Shown here one piece after another: positions 50,883 to 58,108 of a stretch of DNA of 58,108 nucleotides. The notes beneath the pieces are model-generated. The model searched no databases. It was not told the DNA's origin and worked only from the letters and a program-made list of their open reading frames with translations. The stretch spans positions 1 to 58,108 of the forward strand of contig CATMHL010000001.1 in NCBI GenBank assembly GCA_950068185.1. Direction: 5' to 3'. The stretch is from an uncultured Pelagibacteraceae bacterium (GTDB taxonomy: Bacteria > Pseudomonadota > Alphaproteobacteria > Pelagibacterales > Pelagibacteraceae). The position numbers were made by a program, and so were the translations under genes. The stretch's first letter is position 1; each line of letters starts with the position of its first letter.

Positions 50883-51245
50883 TTATTTTTTATCTAGAGG
50901 ATGATTCTCACCATCATTAACGCCCACATCCTTTAATTCAAATGGTTTGACTCCTTCCAAACAAGCAACATTAATTCCATACATGGCTGGATTGCTTCTT
51001 GGGTTGTGATGTGTATAAATTCCACAATTAGAGCAAAAATAATGTTTTGCTGTTTTGGTATGGAATTGGTAAAGTTGTAGAAGATCTTTACCTTTAACTA
51101 TTTTTAAATCATCTGGACCAACCATAGTCATAATGGTTCCTTTTCTTTTACAGAGTGAGCAGTTGCACCTCATAATTTTTTTCAATTGATCCGGAGCATT
51201 GACCTCAATTTCTACTCCGCCGCAGTGACAAGTTAGTTTTTTCAT
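50883..51245 (-). CDS. GFA/CENP-V-family zinc protein (glutathione-dependent formaldehyde-activating enzyme-like)
   Basis: Cys pattern 'CHCGGV...CNCSLC...FCSNCG' is characteristic of the GFA fold. Confidence 0.75.
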   Translation of the reverse strand: MKKLTCHCGGVEIEVNAPDQLKKIMRCNCSLCKRKGTIMTMVGPDDLKIVKGKDLLQLYQFHTKTAKHYFCSNCGIYTHHNPRSNPAMYGINVACLEGVKPFELKDVGVNDGENHPLDKK

Positions 51246-51250
51246 TTTTT

Positions 51251-51409
51251 TTAATTTAAATTCTTTAGCACGATTTTCATATAGTGGTAATAGTTATCCA
51301 CATCATAGCCACATCTAGTTTTAATGTTCATGCTTTGATTCAGTTTAGATTCTTTTTTGGACTCAAAATACAACCTATAGGCACTTTTCCACATATTGCT
51401 ATATCTCAT
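51251..51409 (-). CDS. Candidate unannotated 52-aa basic protein (MRYSNMWKSAYRLYFESKKESKLNQSMNIKTRCGYDVDNYYHYMKIVLKNLN)
   Basis: ATG-to-TAA ORF below the track's length cutoff. It fills most of the longest spacer in the window (51246-51443). No homology recognised. Confidence 0.3.
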   Translation of the reverse strand: MRYSNMWKSAYRLYFESKKESKLNQSMNIKTRCGYDVDNYYHYMKIVLKNLN

Positions 51410-51425
51410 ACTATATTATAAATTA

Positions 51426-51440
51426 GAACAAAATAAGAAC
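51426..51440. promoter_or_regulatory. Alphaproteobacterial-type LexA operator (SOS box) GAAC-N7-GAAC
   Basis: GAACAAAATAAGAAC is a perfect direct repeat. It ends 3 nt before the umuD ATG and lies 17 nt upstream of the divergent 52-codon ORF. Confidence 0.65.
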
Positions 51441-51443
51441 ATT

Positions 51444-51836
51444 ATGAAATTATTATTACCCTTTCATTTACAAAAAGTTGGTGCTGGCTTCCCTTCTCCA
51501 GCAACAGATTATGTAGAAGATGACATCGATCTCAATACCCATTTAATAAAAAATATACCATCCACATTTCTTATTAGAGCACAGGGAAAATCTATGAACA
51601 ACGTTGGAATTTATGATGGTGACCTTTTAGTGGTAGACAGAAGTTTAGATCCAAAAAAATTTTCTACAGTAATTGTAAATATCAATGAAGAGTTGGTTAT
51701 TAAAAGTTTCTTAAAAGAAAAAGATCAATCTTTTCTAACTTCAGGTTCAAAAAAACTAAAAGACAAAATTAATTTAACTGAAAATCCTGAAATTTTTATT
51801 TGGGGTGTAGTAACTTACGTGATTCATGCTTTATAA
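51444..51836 (+). CDS. umuD: UmuD-like S24 self-cleaving peptidase (translesion polymerase V accessory subunit)
   Basis: 'VGAGFPSPATDYVEDDIDLN' aligns with E. coli UmuD 'VQCGFPSPAADYVEQRIDLN' (cleavage site A-G). Catalytic 'GKSM' Ser and 'VIKSF' Lys are present. Start moved from the track's TTG (51396) to the ATG at 51444, because the SOS box lies between them. Confidence 0.8.
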   Translation: MKLLLPFHLQKVGAGFPSPATDYVEDDIDLNTHLIKNIPSTFLIRAQGKSMNNVGIYDGDLLVVDRSLDPKKFSTVIVNINEELVIKSFLKEKDQSFLTSGSKKLKDKINLTENPEIFIWGVVTYVIHAL

Positions 51837-53106
51837 TAAAAATAAAATAGCCCTGGTAGATTGCAATTCATTCTATGTCTCTTGTGAAAGATTATTCAAT
51901 CCTTCAATAATTAAAAAGCCGGTCATTGTACTATCAAGTAATGATGGATGTGTAATTTCTCGATCAACAGAAGCTAAGATTTTAGGTATTAAAATGGGAG
52001 AACCATATTTTAAAGTGAAAAAAATAATAAAAAAAAATGATGTAAAGGTTTTTTCATCAAATTATTCACTATATGGAGATATATCGAGAAGGGTTATGAA
52101 AACTTTGAAACAATTTTCACCGCAAATGGAAATTTATTCAATTGATGAAGCGTTTTTAAATTTATCTTCAATTAGAGATGAGAATTTATTTGAGCACGGT
52201 AATAAAATTAGAAAAACTGTTTTAAAATGGACGGGAATACCAACAAGCATTGGCATCGCAACAACTAAAACTTTGAGTAAAGCCGCAAATCATATTGCAA
52301 AAAAAGAACAGTCAGGAATCGTTAATTTAATCAATACTAAACAAATAGATCAAATTCTTAAAGAAATTGAAATAAATGAAGTTTGGGGTGTGGGACGTCA
52401 ACTAACTAAATTCTACATTAAAAATGGAATACATACAGCATATCAGCTTAAAAATATGCATAATAATTGGATCAAAAAAAATACAAATGTCTTGGGATCG
52501 CGTACTGCAATGGAGTTAAAAGGGATCCCATGTGTCTCTTTAAAAGAACATCAAGAAAAAAGAAAAAATTGTTGTGTATCACGATCGTTTGGAAGAAAAG
52601 TTACAAAATTAGAAGAACTTAGCGAATCTGTAACAACACATTGTCTTAATGCAGCAGAAAAAATTAGATCAGATAATCAGACAACAAAACGAATAACCGT
52701 CTTTATAAGAACAAGTCCTTTTCAAAAGGACAAAAATTACTATGCAAATTCAAAAGATATAGATTTACCGGTTAGAACAAATGACAGCATCGAGTTGGTA
52801 AAACAAGCTTTAATTGCGTTACAATACATATATAGAAAAGGTTACAAATATCAAAAAGCTGGCATAATCTTTTCAGGGCTAAATGAAGTTGATATTTATA
52901 AAAAAAATCTATTTTCATCAATAAATAACGAGGAGAAAAGAAAGAAATTAATGAAGGCAATTGATTATACAAATATTAAATATGGTCGCCACGCTTTAAG
53001 TATTGCTCAGGCAGGATTAAGAAAAAAATTGAATATCAAAAGACAGCATTCTTCTAAAATTGACACAGCGTGTTTTGATTTCTTACCCACTATTAAGATC
53101 GCTTAA
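51826..53106 (+). CDS. umuC: Y-family DNA polymerase UmuC
   Basis: Contains 'ALVDCNSFYVSCERLFNP', 'VLSSNDGCVISRS' and 'YSIDEAFL'. Overlaps umuD by 11 nt. Confidence 0.85.
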   Translation: MLYNKNKIALVDCNSFYVSCERLFNPSIIKKPVIVLSSNDGCVISRSTEAKILGIKMGEPYFKVKKIIKKNDVKVFSSNYSLYGDISRRVMKTLKQFSPQMEIYSIDEAFLNLSSIRDENLFEHGNKIRKTVLKWTGIPTSIGIATTKTLSKAANHIAKKEQSGIVNLINTKQIDQILKEIEINEVWGVGRQLTKFYIKNGIHTAYQLKNMHNNWIKKNTNVLGSRTAMELKGIPCVSLKEHQEKRKNCCVSRSFGRKVTKLEELSESVTTHCLNAAEKIRSDNQTTKRITVFIRTSPFQKDKNYYANSKDIDLPVRTNDSIELVKQALIALQYIYRKGYKYQKAGIIFSGLNEVDIYKKNLFSSINNEEKRKKLMKAIDYTNIKYGRHALSIAQAGLRKKLNIKRQHSSKIDTACFDFLPTIKIA

Positions 53107-53970
53107 AACATCAATACTACCAATATTTTCCAAAGAATTATTTAATTCTTCAATATTTTCACGAGAAGAAACCTTAAGAATTGAAAGCAAAAAAATGAGA
53201 ACAGCTAAGACTGGAAATAAAGTGATAATAGAAAGATTGCTATAAATAAAAAATAAATAAAAAATTAGAAATAGGACAGAACGAACTATTACAGCTCCTC
53301 TAAAAACTGCAATAATAGAAAAAGAGTGTATTAAAAGATTAAACAAATTCATTTGAGATGGACCAAAATATCTTTGTCCCTTAATTGATGGTACTGATAC
53401 TCGATCGGAAATAACTTTAGTTACAGATCCAGAAAAACTGCTCCAAATGCAAGCTTCTTTAGCCAATCTGGCTGCATCTGCTTTTGGCAAGCAGCTATAA
53501 TTACCAAATTTAATAAGTTTGCCCGTAAAAACATAAGTCAAAATTTTATGACATTCATATAATAGCTTAAAAAAAGGTCCCTCAGAGCGCTTTATTCGAT
53601 CTAGTGTCACCGTTTTAGATGGGTTTTCTTTAGATTTATTGAATAACGGGGTAAGTTCTTCAGGTCTGTCCTCTCCATCCCCATCCATCACAATTACATA
53701 ATCAAAGTTTTCTTTTTCGGTTAAATATTTTAATCCAGCAGCATTGCACCTTGCGTGGCCTCGATTTTGCTTCATGTTCACAACTCGAACCGATTTTATT
53801 TTTTTAAAACTTATTTCAGTTTTTGGTCTTTCTTCTGTAGAAGCATCATTAACAATCAAAACAGATACTTCAGCATTCCAATTTTTAATCTGCGCATCAA
53901 TATTTTCTAAAAGCTTAAATACTGATTTCCAATCATTATAAACAGGAATTGAAATTATAAATTTTTTCAT
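53083..53970 (-). CDS. GT2 polyprenyl-phosphate glycosyltransferase (GtrB/ArnC/DPM1-like) with two C-terminal TM helices
   Basis: Contains 'ISIPVYNDW', 'VNDAST' and the DXD region 'VMDGDGEDRPEE'. Hydrophobic C-terminal third. Confidence 0.7.
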   Translation of the reverse strand: MKKFIISIPVYNDWKSVFKLLENIDAQIKNWNAEVSVLIVNDASTEERPKTEISFKKIKSVRVVNMKQNRGHARCNAAGLKYLTEKENFDYVIVMDGDGEDRPEELTPLFNKSKENPSKTVTLDRIKRSEGPFFKLLYECHKILTYVFTGKLIKFGNYSCLPKADAARLAKEACIWSSFSGSVTKVISDRVSVPSIKGQRYFGPSQMNLFNLLIHSFSIIAVFRGAVIVRSVLFLIFYLFFIYSNLSIITLFPVLAVLIFLLSILKVSSRENIEELNNSLENIGSIDVLSDLNSG

Positions 53971-55271
53971 TTATCTCCTAAACAAACATTAGTACGAAAA
54001 CACATTTTGTCCCCAGTCAACAGATAATTTTCAATACCACCTTCCCATCGCGGTCTTGATTTTAAATGATAAGATAAATTACCTGCTAACCATTCATTTC
54101 CTAAAACTACATTAATTTTGCTTTCAAATTTTTTATCCCATCTTTTTTGTACATCTATTGCATGTTCTTTGCCAGGATAGTCAGTTCTTTTATCTGTTTG
54201 AGTGATAGAAATATAAGCATAAGCAAAAGGAGAAAAGATAAATAAAATTAAAAATAACGAAACAAAGTATTTTAATTTATTTAAATTTATTTGTGATTGC
54301 AAAATATAAATTAATAATACTCCAAAAAATAAATAAAAAGGTGTCATCCACATAGTTCTAACCTTAACGCCCATTAGCATAGAAGTTAAAAACATCAAAA
54401 TGATTGGAATAATATTGATAGTTAATAAAAATAATAACTTTTTGTCTTTAAAATTAAAATTGGTTTTAAGTTTTGCAACCAAAAGTAAAACCATTAAAAA
54501 GAAAGGCGCAAGTATTCCAATTTGTTTTCCTAAAAATATTAACGGATGAATAAAATGATCTAAAAAATTTGGCTCACTCAGTCCAGTCCTATGAAGAGCG
54601 TAAGTTATCGTGATATAATTATTTTCTGTTAACCATATTAAGTGGGGAAGTAAAACTAGTAAAAAAGGTACATAAGAAATAAGGCATTTAAAATTTATTT
54701 TTTTATTAATTATTAGATAAATGAAAAATACATCCAGTGCACATAAAAGATAAATAAAAAGATAATGTGATAAGACTCCCAATCCAGAAAAAAATCCAAA
54801 TAATAACCAGCTTGCATAATCATTTTTTTCAAAACCTTTCCAGCAGTAATAAACGGTTAATGCCCAAAAAGCTAGTTCGCAAACGTAAACGTTAAATTCT
54901 GGTGTGGTATAATTATAAAAATAAATACCTTCTAATAATAATACTGCTATTAAACTATAAATTTTATTTTGAAAAAAATACTCAGAAAATTTCCAAACCA
55001 CAAAAAAACTGGTTATTACAAATATCTGGCTGAGAAAATAATAAGCCCAATCTTGACTTCCAAATATTTGGTAAAAAACTTCAACAGCAAATGCGCTTAA
55101 CGGAGGATGTTTGTTAAAGCCCCAGTCTAAATTACTTCCCCAAGCTAGAGCTTCTATCGTATCTAAGGGAAGATTATGATTCGTGATAGAAGGAACTAAT
55201 ACCCAAATAGCAAAGTGGCTTAATAAAAAAACTGTTAAAATTTTATTAACATTTATTTTTGCGCTATTCAT
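53967..55271 (-). CDS. GT-C (GT39/PMT_2, ArnT-like) polytopic membrane glycosyltransferase
   Basis: About 11 TM segments. First periplasmic loop reads 'LPLDTIEALAWGSNLDWGFNKHPPL'. Overlaps the downstream GT2 gene by 4 nt. Confidence 0.65.
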   Translation of the reverse strand: MNSAKINVNKILTVFLLSHFAIWVLVPSITNHNLPLDTIEALAWGSNLDWGFNKHPPLSAFAVEVFYQIFGSQDWAYYFLSQIFVITSFFVVWKFSEYFFQNKIYSLIAVLLLEGIYFYNYTTPEFNVYVCELAFWALTVYYCWKGFEKNDYASWLLFGFFSGLGVLSHYLFIYLLCALDVFFIYLIINKKINFKCLISYVPFLLVLLPHLIWLTENNYITITYALHRTGLSEPNFLDHFIHPLIFLGKQIGILAPFFLMVLLLVAKLKTNFNFKDKKLLFLLTINIIPIILMFLTSMLMGVKVRTMWMTPFYLFFGVLLIYILQSQINLNKLKYFVSLFLILFIFSPFAYAYISITQTDKRTDYPGKEHAIDVQKRWDKKFESKINVVLGNEWLAGNLSYHLKSRPRWEGGIENYLLTGDKMCFRTNVCLGDK

Positions 55272-55299
55272 GTTGTGAATTTATACAAGTTTATGTCTC

Positions 55300-55327
55300 T
55301 TGACACCTGTAAAAACGTAAATATACT
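55300..55327 (+). promoter_or_regulatory. Near-consensus sigma-70-type promoter upstream of dksA
   Basis: TTGACA (55300-55305), a 16-nt spacer, then TATACT (55322-55327). The -10 element ends 33 nt upstream of the dksA ATG. Confidence 0.45.
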
Positions 55328-55360
55328 GGCCGACCTTAAACGATATTATAATTACTGATT

Positions 55361-55768
55361 ATGGCAAAAAAATACATTCCGAACGAAAAAGAAAAGTATA
55401 TGTGTGAAAAACACAAAACTTATTTTAAAAAAAGATTGGTCAAATGGAAGAATGAAATAGTTGAATCTAACAGTAAAGGTCTGTATTTAAGTAACACTGA
55501 TCACGAAATTTCTTCATCTGATATCGTTGACCAAGCATCTTCGCAAACAGAGAAAACCGTTGAAATGCGAACGCTAAACAGACAAATAAAACTTTTATCA
55601 AAAATAGATGGAGCTATTAAAAAAATTAGTAACAATACCTATGGCTACTGTGAGGAAACAGGTGAACCGATAGGGCTAAAAAGATTAATTGCGAGGCCCA
55701 TAGCTACACTGACTATTGAAGCCCAAGAAAAGCATGAAAAAAACGAAAAAATATTTGCAGATGTATAA
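55361..55768 (+). CDS. dksA: DksA-family RNA polymerase-binding transcription factor (one-cysteine, zinc-finger-less variant)
   Basis: Coiled-coil tip 'DIVDQAS' (DxxDxA). C-terminal 'YGYCEETGEPIGLKRLIARPIATLTIEAQ' aligns with E. coli '[29 protein letters not shown]'. Confidence 0.8.
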   Translation: MAKKYIPNEKEKYMCEKHKTYFKKRLVKWKNEIVESNSKGLYLSNTDHEISSSDIVDQASSQTEKTVEMRTLNRQIKLLSKIDGAIKKISNNTYGYCEETGEPIGLKRLIARPIATLTIEAQEKHEKNEKIFADV

Positions 55769-55769
55769 A

Positions 55770-56396
55770 TTAAATTTTTGGAATTTTTTCCCCTTTTTTT
55801 AAACCATCGAACCCTTTTATTACGGCTTCTCTTTCAGAAATAGTATTGTACCAGCGACTTAAGTTAATGAAATTTTTAAGTCCGATATCATGTATTGGAT
55901 GTCTTGCTATCCAGGGAAAAGTTGCAATATCTGCAATTGTATATTCTTTTCCTGCTAAAAATTTTGATTTTTCTAAACGTTCATCTAAGTCTTTGTATAT
56001 AGTTTTAGCAATTTTAAAATAACGATCTTCTCCCCATTTACTTTTGCCAGGGGTGTAGTGATGAAACTGGTGATGTTGACCTAATAATGGGCCAACATAA
56101 GCTACTTGGCCAAAAAGCCACTGATTAATTGAAATCTTATTATTCTTGTCATAAAACTTTCCGCTCTTTTCAGCTAAATAAATTAAAATAGCTCCTGACT
56201 CAAAAATACTGATATTATTTTCATGATCTGTTATTACAGGTATTTTACTGAATGGACTGATTGATCTAAATTTAGGATCAAATTGATCGCCCTTTTTGAG
56301 ATTAACTAAAGTAACTTTATAGGGATATTGAATTTCTTCCAACATGATAGATATTTTTTTACCATTTGGAGTGTCCGCATAAAATAATTCAATCAA
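55770..56396 (-). CDS. Nu-class glutathione S-transferase (YfcG-like)
   Basis: 'MIELFYADTPNGKKISIMLEE...KGDQFDPKFRSISPFSKIPVITDH...IFESGAILIYLAEKSGKF' parallels E. coli YfcG. Confidence 0.7.
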   Translation of the reverse strand: MIELFYADTPNGKKISIMLEEIQYPYKVTLVNLKKGDQFDPKFRSISPFSKIPVITDHENNISIFESGAILIYLAEKSGKFYDKNNKISINQWLFGQVAYVGPLLGQHHQFHHYTPGKSKWGEDRYFKIAKTIYKDLDERLEKSKFLAGKEYTIADIATFPWIARHPIHDIGLKNFINLSRWYNTISEREAVIKGFDGLKKGEKIPKI

Positions 56397-57411
56397 TTTT
56401 TTTTACTCCTAACCTTTCATGCATACTTTTTGAGGTAGTGGTAAATTCAAATCTGTATTTTTCATTTGGTCGTGCTAATTTAAAGCATGCCCTTGCTGCA
56501 AGTGCACCTTCATGAAAACCGGACAGGATAAGTTTGAGTTTTCCTGGATATGTACAAATATCGCCTATTGCAAATATACCTTTCTTATTTGTTTGAAAAT
56601 TTTCTGTATTCACCGGTATATGTTTTTTTTCTAAATTTAAACCCCATTCAGCAATTGGACCTAATTTCATTATCAAACCGAAAAAACCAAGAACACAATC
56701 GGTTGTGATTTTTTCAGTTTTACCATCATCATCTTTAATAGTTATTGCACTTATCTTGTCCTGACCTTCAATCGAATTAATTTGAAATGGAGTTTTTATT
56801 TTTAATTTTCCTTCTTTTTCAAGTTTTCTTACTATTTCAGCGTTATGCCCTACTCCTCTAAATTCTTTTCTTCTATGAACTAATATTATTTCAGCAAATT
56901 TTGATAGTTCAATTGCCCAATCTAAAGCCGAATCTCCTCCTCCAAAAATACAAATTTTTTTATTTTTAAAATAATTTTTGTCACTTATGGAGTAATAAAT
57001 TCCATTATTTTCAAATTTTTCAGCTTCTTCGATTGGAAATTTCCTAGGTTCAAAAGATCCTACACCACCCGCAATGATAATGTTTGGTGCGATAAAAATC
57101 TTATCTTTGCTTGTTACAATTTTCCAGTTATTTTTTTCCTTAGAAATTTCTTGAACTCTCTCATTTAGATAAAAATTTGTTTTAAAAGGTTTAATTTGTT
57201 CTAATAAATTTTTTGTTAAACTTTCTCCAGTACACTCGGGTAAAGCAGGAATATCATAAATAGGTTTATCGGGATACAGTTCTATACATTGACCACCAAT
57301 TTTATTTAAATTGTCTACCACTTCTGCTTTAAGGCCAATCAAACCTAATTGTTGCACGACAAATAAACCAACTGGTCCCGCGCCAATTATTAAAACATCT
57401 GTTTTAACCAT
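56389..57411 (-). CDS. Thioredoxin-reductase-type ferredoxin--NADP+ reductase
   Basis: Contains 'DVLIIGAGPVGL', 'GGQCIELYPDKPIYDIP', 'GGGDSALDWA' and 'FAIGDI'. Adjacent to a 2Fe-2S ferredoxin gene. Confidence 0.75.
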   Translation of the reverse strand: MVKTDVLIIGAGPVGLFVVQQLGLIGLKAEVVDNLNKIGGQCIELYPDKPIYDIPALPECTGESLTKNLLEQIKPFKTNFYLNERVQEISKEKNNWKIVTSKDKIFIAPNIIIAGGVGSFEPRKFPIEEAEKFENNGIYYSISDKNYFKNKKICIFGGGDSALDWAIELSKFAEIILVHRRKEFRGVGHNAEIVRKLEKEGKLKIKTPFQINSIEGQDKISAITIKDDDGKTEKITTDCVLGFFGLIMKLGPIAEWGLNLEKKHIPVNTENFQTNKKGIFAIGDICTYPGKLKLILSGFHEGALAARACFKLARPNEKYRFEFTTTSKSMHERLGVKKID

Positions 57412-57418
57412 GATTAGA

Positions 57419-57751
<333 letters not shown>

Positions 57752-57823
57752 CTAGATATATGCTAAATAAAATAATGCAATAGATAAAATGATATGTTTT
57801 AATAGTTTGTTGGATTTTTTCTT

Positions 57824-58108
57824 ATGGCAACAAAATATCAAGAAATTTATCAAAGATCTATCAAGGATGCCAAAGGGTTTTGGGCTGAAGTAGCAAACGA
57901 TGTGTTTTGGTACAAAAAACCCACAAAAATCCTAAATTCTGACAATCCGCCTTTCTACAAATGGTTTCAGGACGGAACCACAAACACTTGTTACAATGCG
58001 GTTGATCTTCATGTCAAAAATGGAAATGGCGAAAAGATAGCTATTATCTACGATAGCCCAATCACAAATTCACAAAAAAAAATAACTTATGCTGAACTAA
58101 AAGATCAA
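57824..58108 (+). CDS. prpE: Propionyl-CoA synthetase-like acyl-CoA ligase, N-terminal 95 aa (3' end outside window; absent from the ORF track)
   Basis: The ATG at 57824 opens a frame that runs to the window edge: 'MATKYQEIYQRSIKDAKGFWAEVANDVFWYKKP...PPFYKWFQDGTTNTCYNAVDLHV...IAIIYDSPITNSQKKITYAELKDQ'. This is the PrpE/Acs N-terminal pattern. Confidence 0.65.
   Translation, partial: MATKYQEIYQRSIKDAKGFWAEVANDVFWYKKPTKILNSDNPPFYKWFQDGTTNTCYNAVDLHVKNGNGEKIAIIYDSPITNSQKKITYAELKDQ

Noticed and set aside
51294-51302. Perfect DnaA-box 9-mer TTATCCACA in the GFA-umuD spacer, plus a 7/9 match AAATCCACA at 12592-12600
   Set aside because: My rough composition-based estimate is that about one perfect 9-mer is expected by chance in 58 kb on two strands. 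There is no cluster of boxes, no AT-rich unwinding element pattern and no origin-associated genes nearby, so this is not an origin.
51396-51443. Longer umuD start (TTG at 51396) proposed by the ORF track
   Set aside because: It uses a TTG codon and would put the perfect SOS box inside the coding sequence. The ATG at 51444 directly follows the box. The question stays open because the longer form would give a more E. coli-like N-terminal arm length.

Overview
Very AT-rich (about 70% A+T by eye), extremely compact bacterial chromosome segment. About 60 genes fill 58.1 kb. Tallying my own coordinates gives only about 1.6 kb (about 3%) between genes, and many neighbours overlap by 1-24 nt. Several markers point to a streamlined marine alphaproteobacterium of the SAR11/Pelagibacter type; this is inference, since no database search was possible. 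The markers are an NDUFA12-like + DUF2155 pair, an HdaA-type Hda, a eukaryote-type NADP-IDH, a GAAC-N7-GAAC SOS box and a short-form Psd. The content is overwhelmingly core housekeeping:
- Translation: tyrS, prfB, aspS, alaS, rpsF-rpsR-rplI, rsmA, rlmE.
- Envelope: mrcA, AsmA-like, lptF-lptG-lptD-surA, bamB, tolC, pssA-psd.
- Fatty-acid synthesis: accBC, fabD-fabG-acpP.
- Purines: purMN, cvpA-purF.
- Cofactors: thiSG, pdxA, panB.
- Replication and repair: dnaB, hda, recA, umuDC.

I found no rRNA, tRNA, CRISPR array, transposase or prophage. I also do not see a clear-cut novel multi-gene system. The points most worth a second look are:
1. A canonical prfB +1 programmed frameshift site that the ORF track truncates.
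2. A perfect alpha-type SOS box directly in front of a umuDC operon, a one-mismatch copy inside the recA promoter, and an untracked 52-codon ORF filling the longest spacer of the window beside that box.
3. An orphan TSCPD (class II RNR C-terminal) domain protein with an unrecognisable N-terminal half.
4. Loss of zinc-binding cysteine motifs in two unrelated regulators: the RNase E Zn-link and the DksA zinc finger.
5. Head-to-head genes whose start codons physically overlap (CATG).
6. A GT2 + ArnT-like GT-C pair next to umuDC.

All functional calls rest on motifs read from the translations, so they are family-level assignments.
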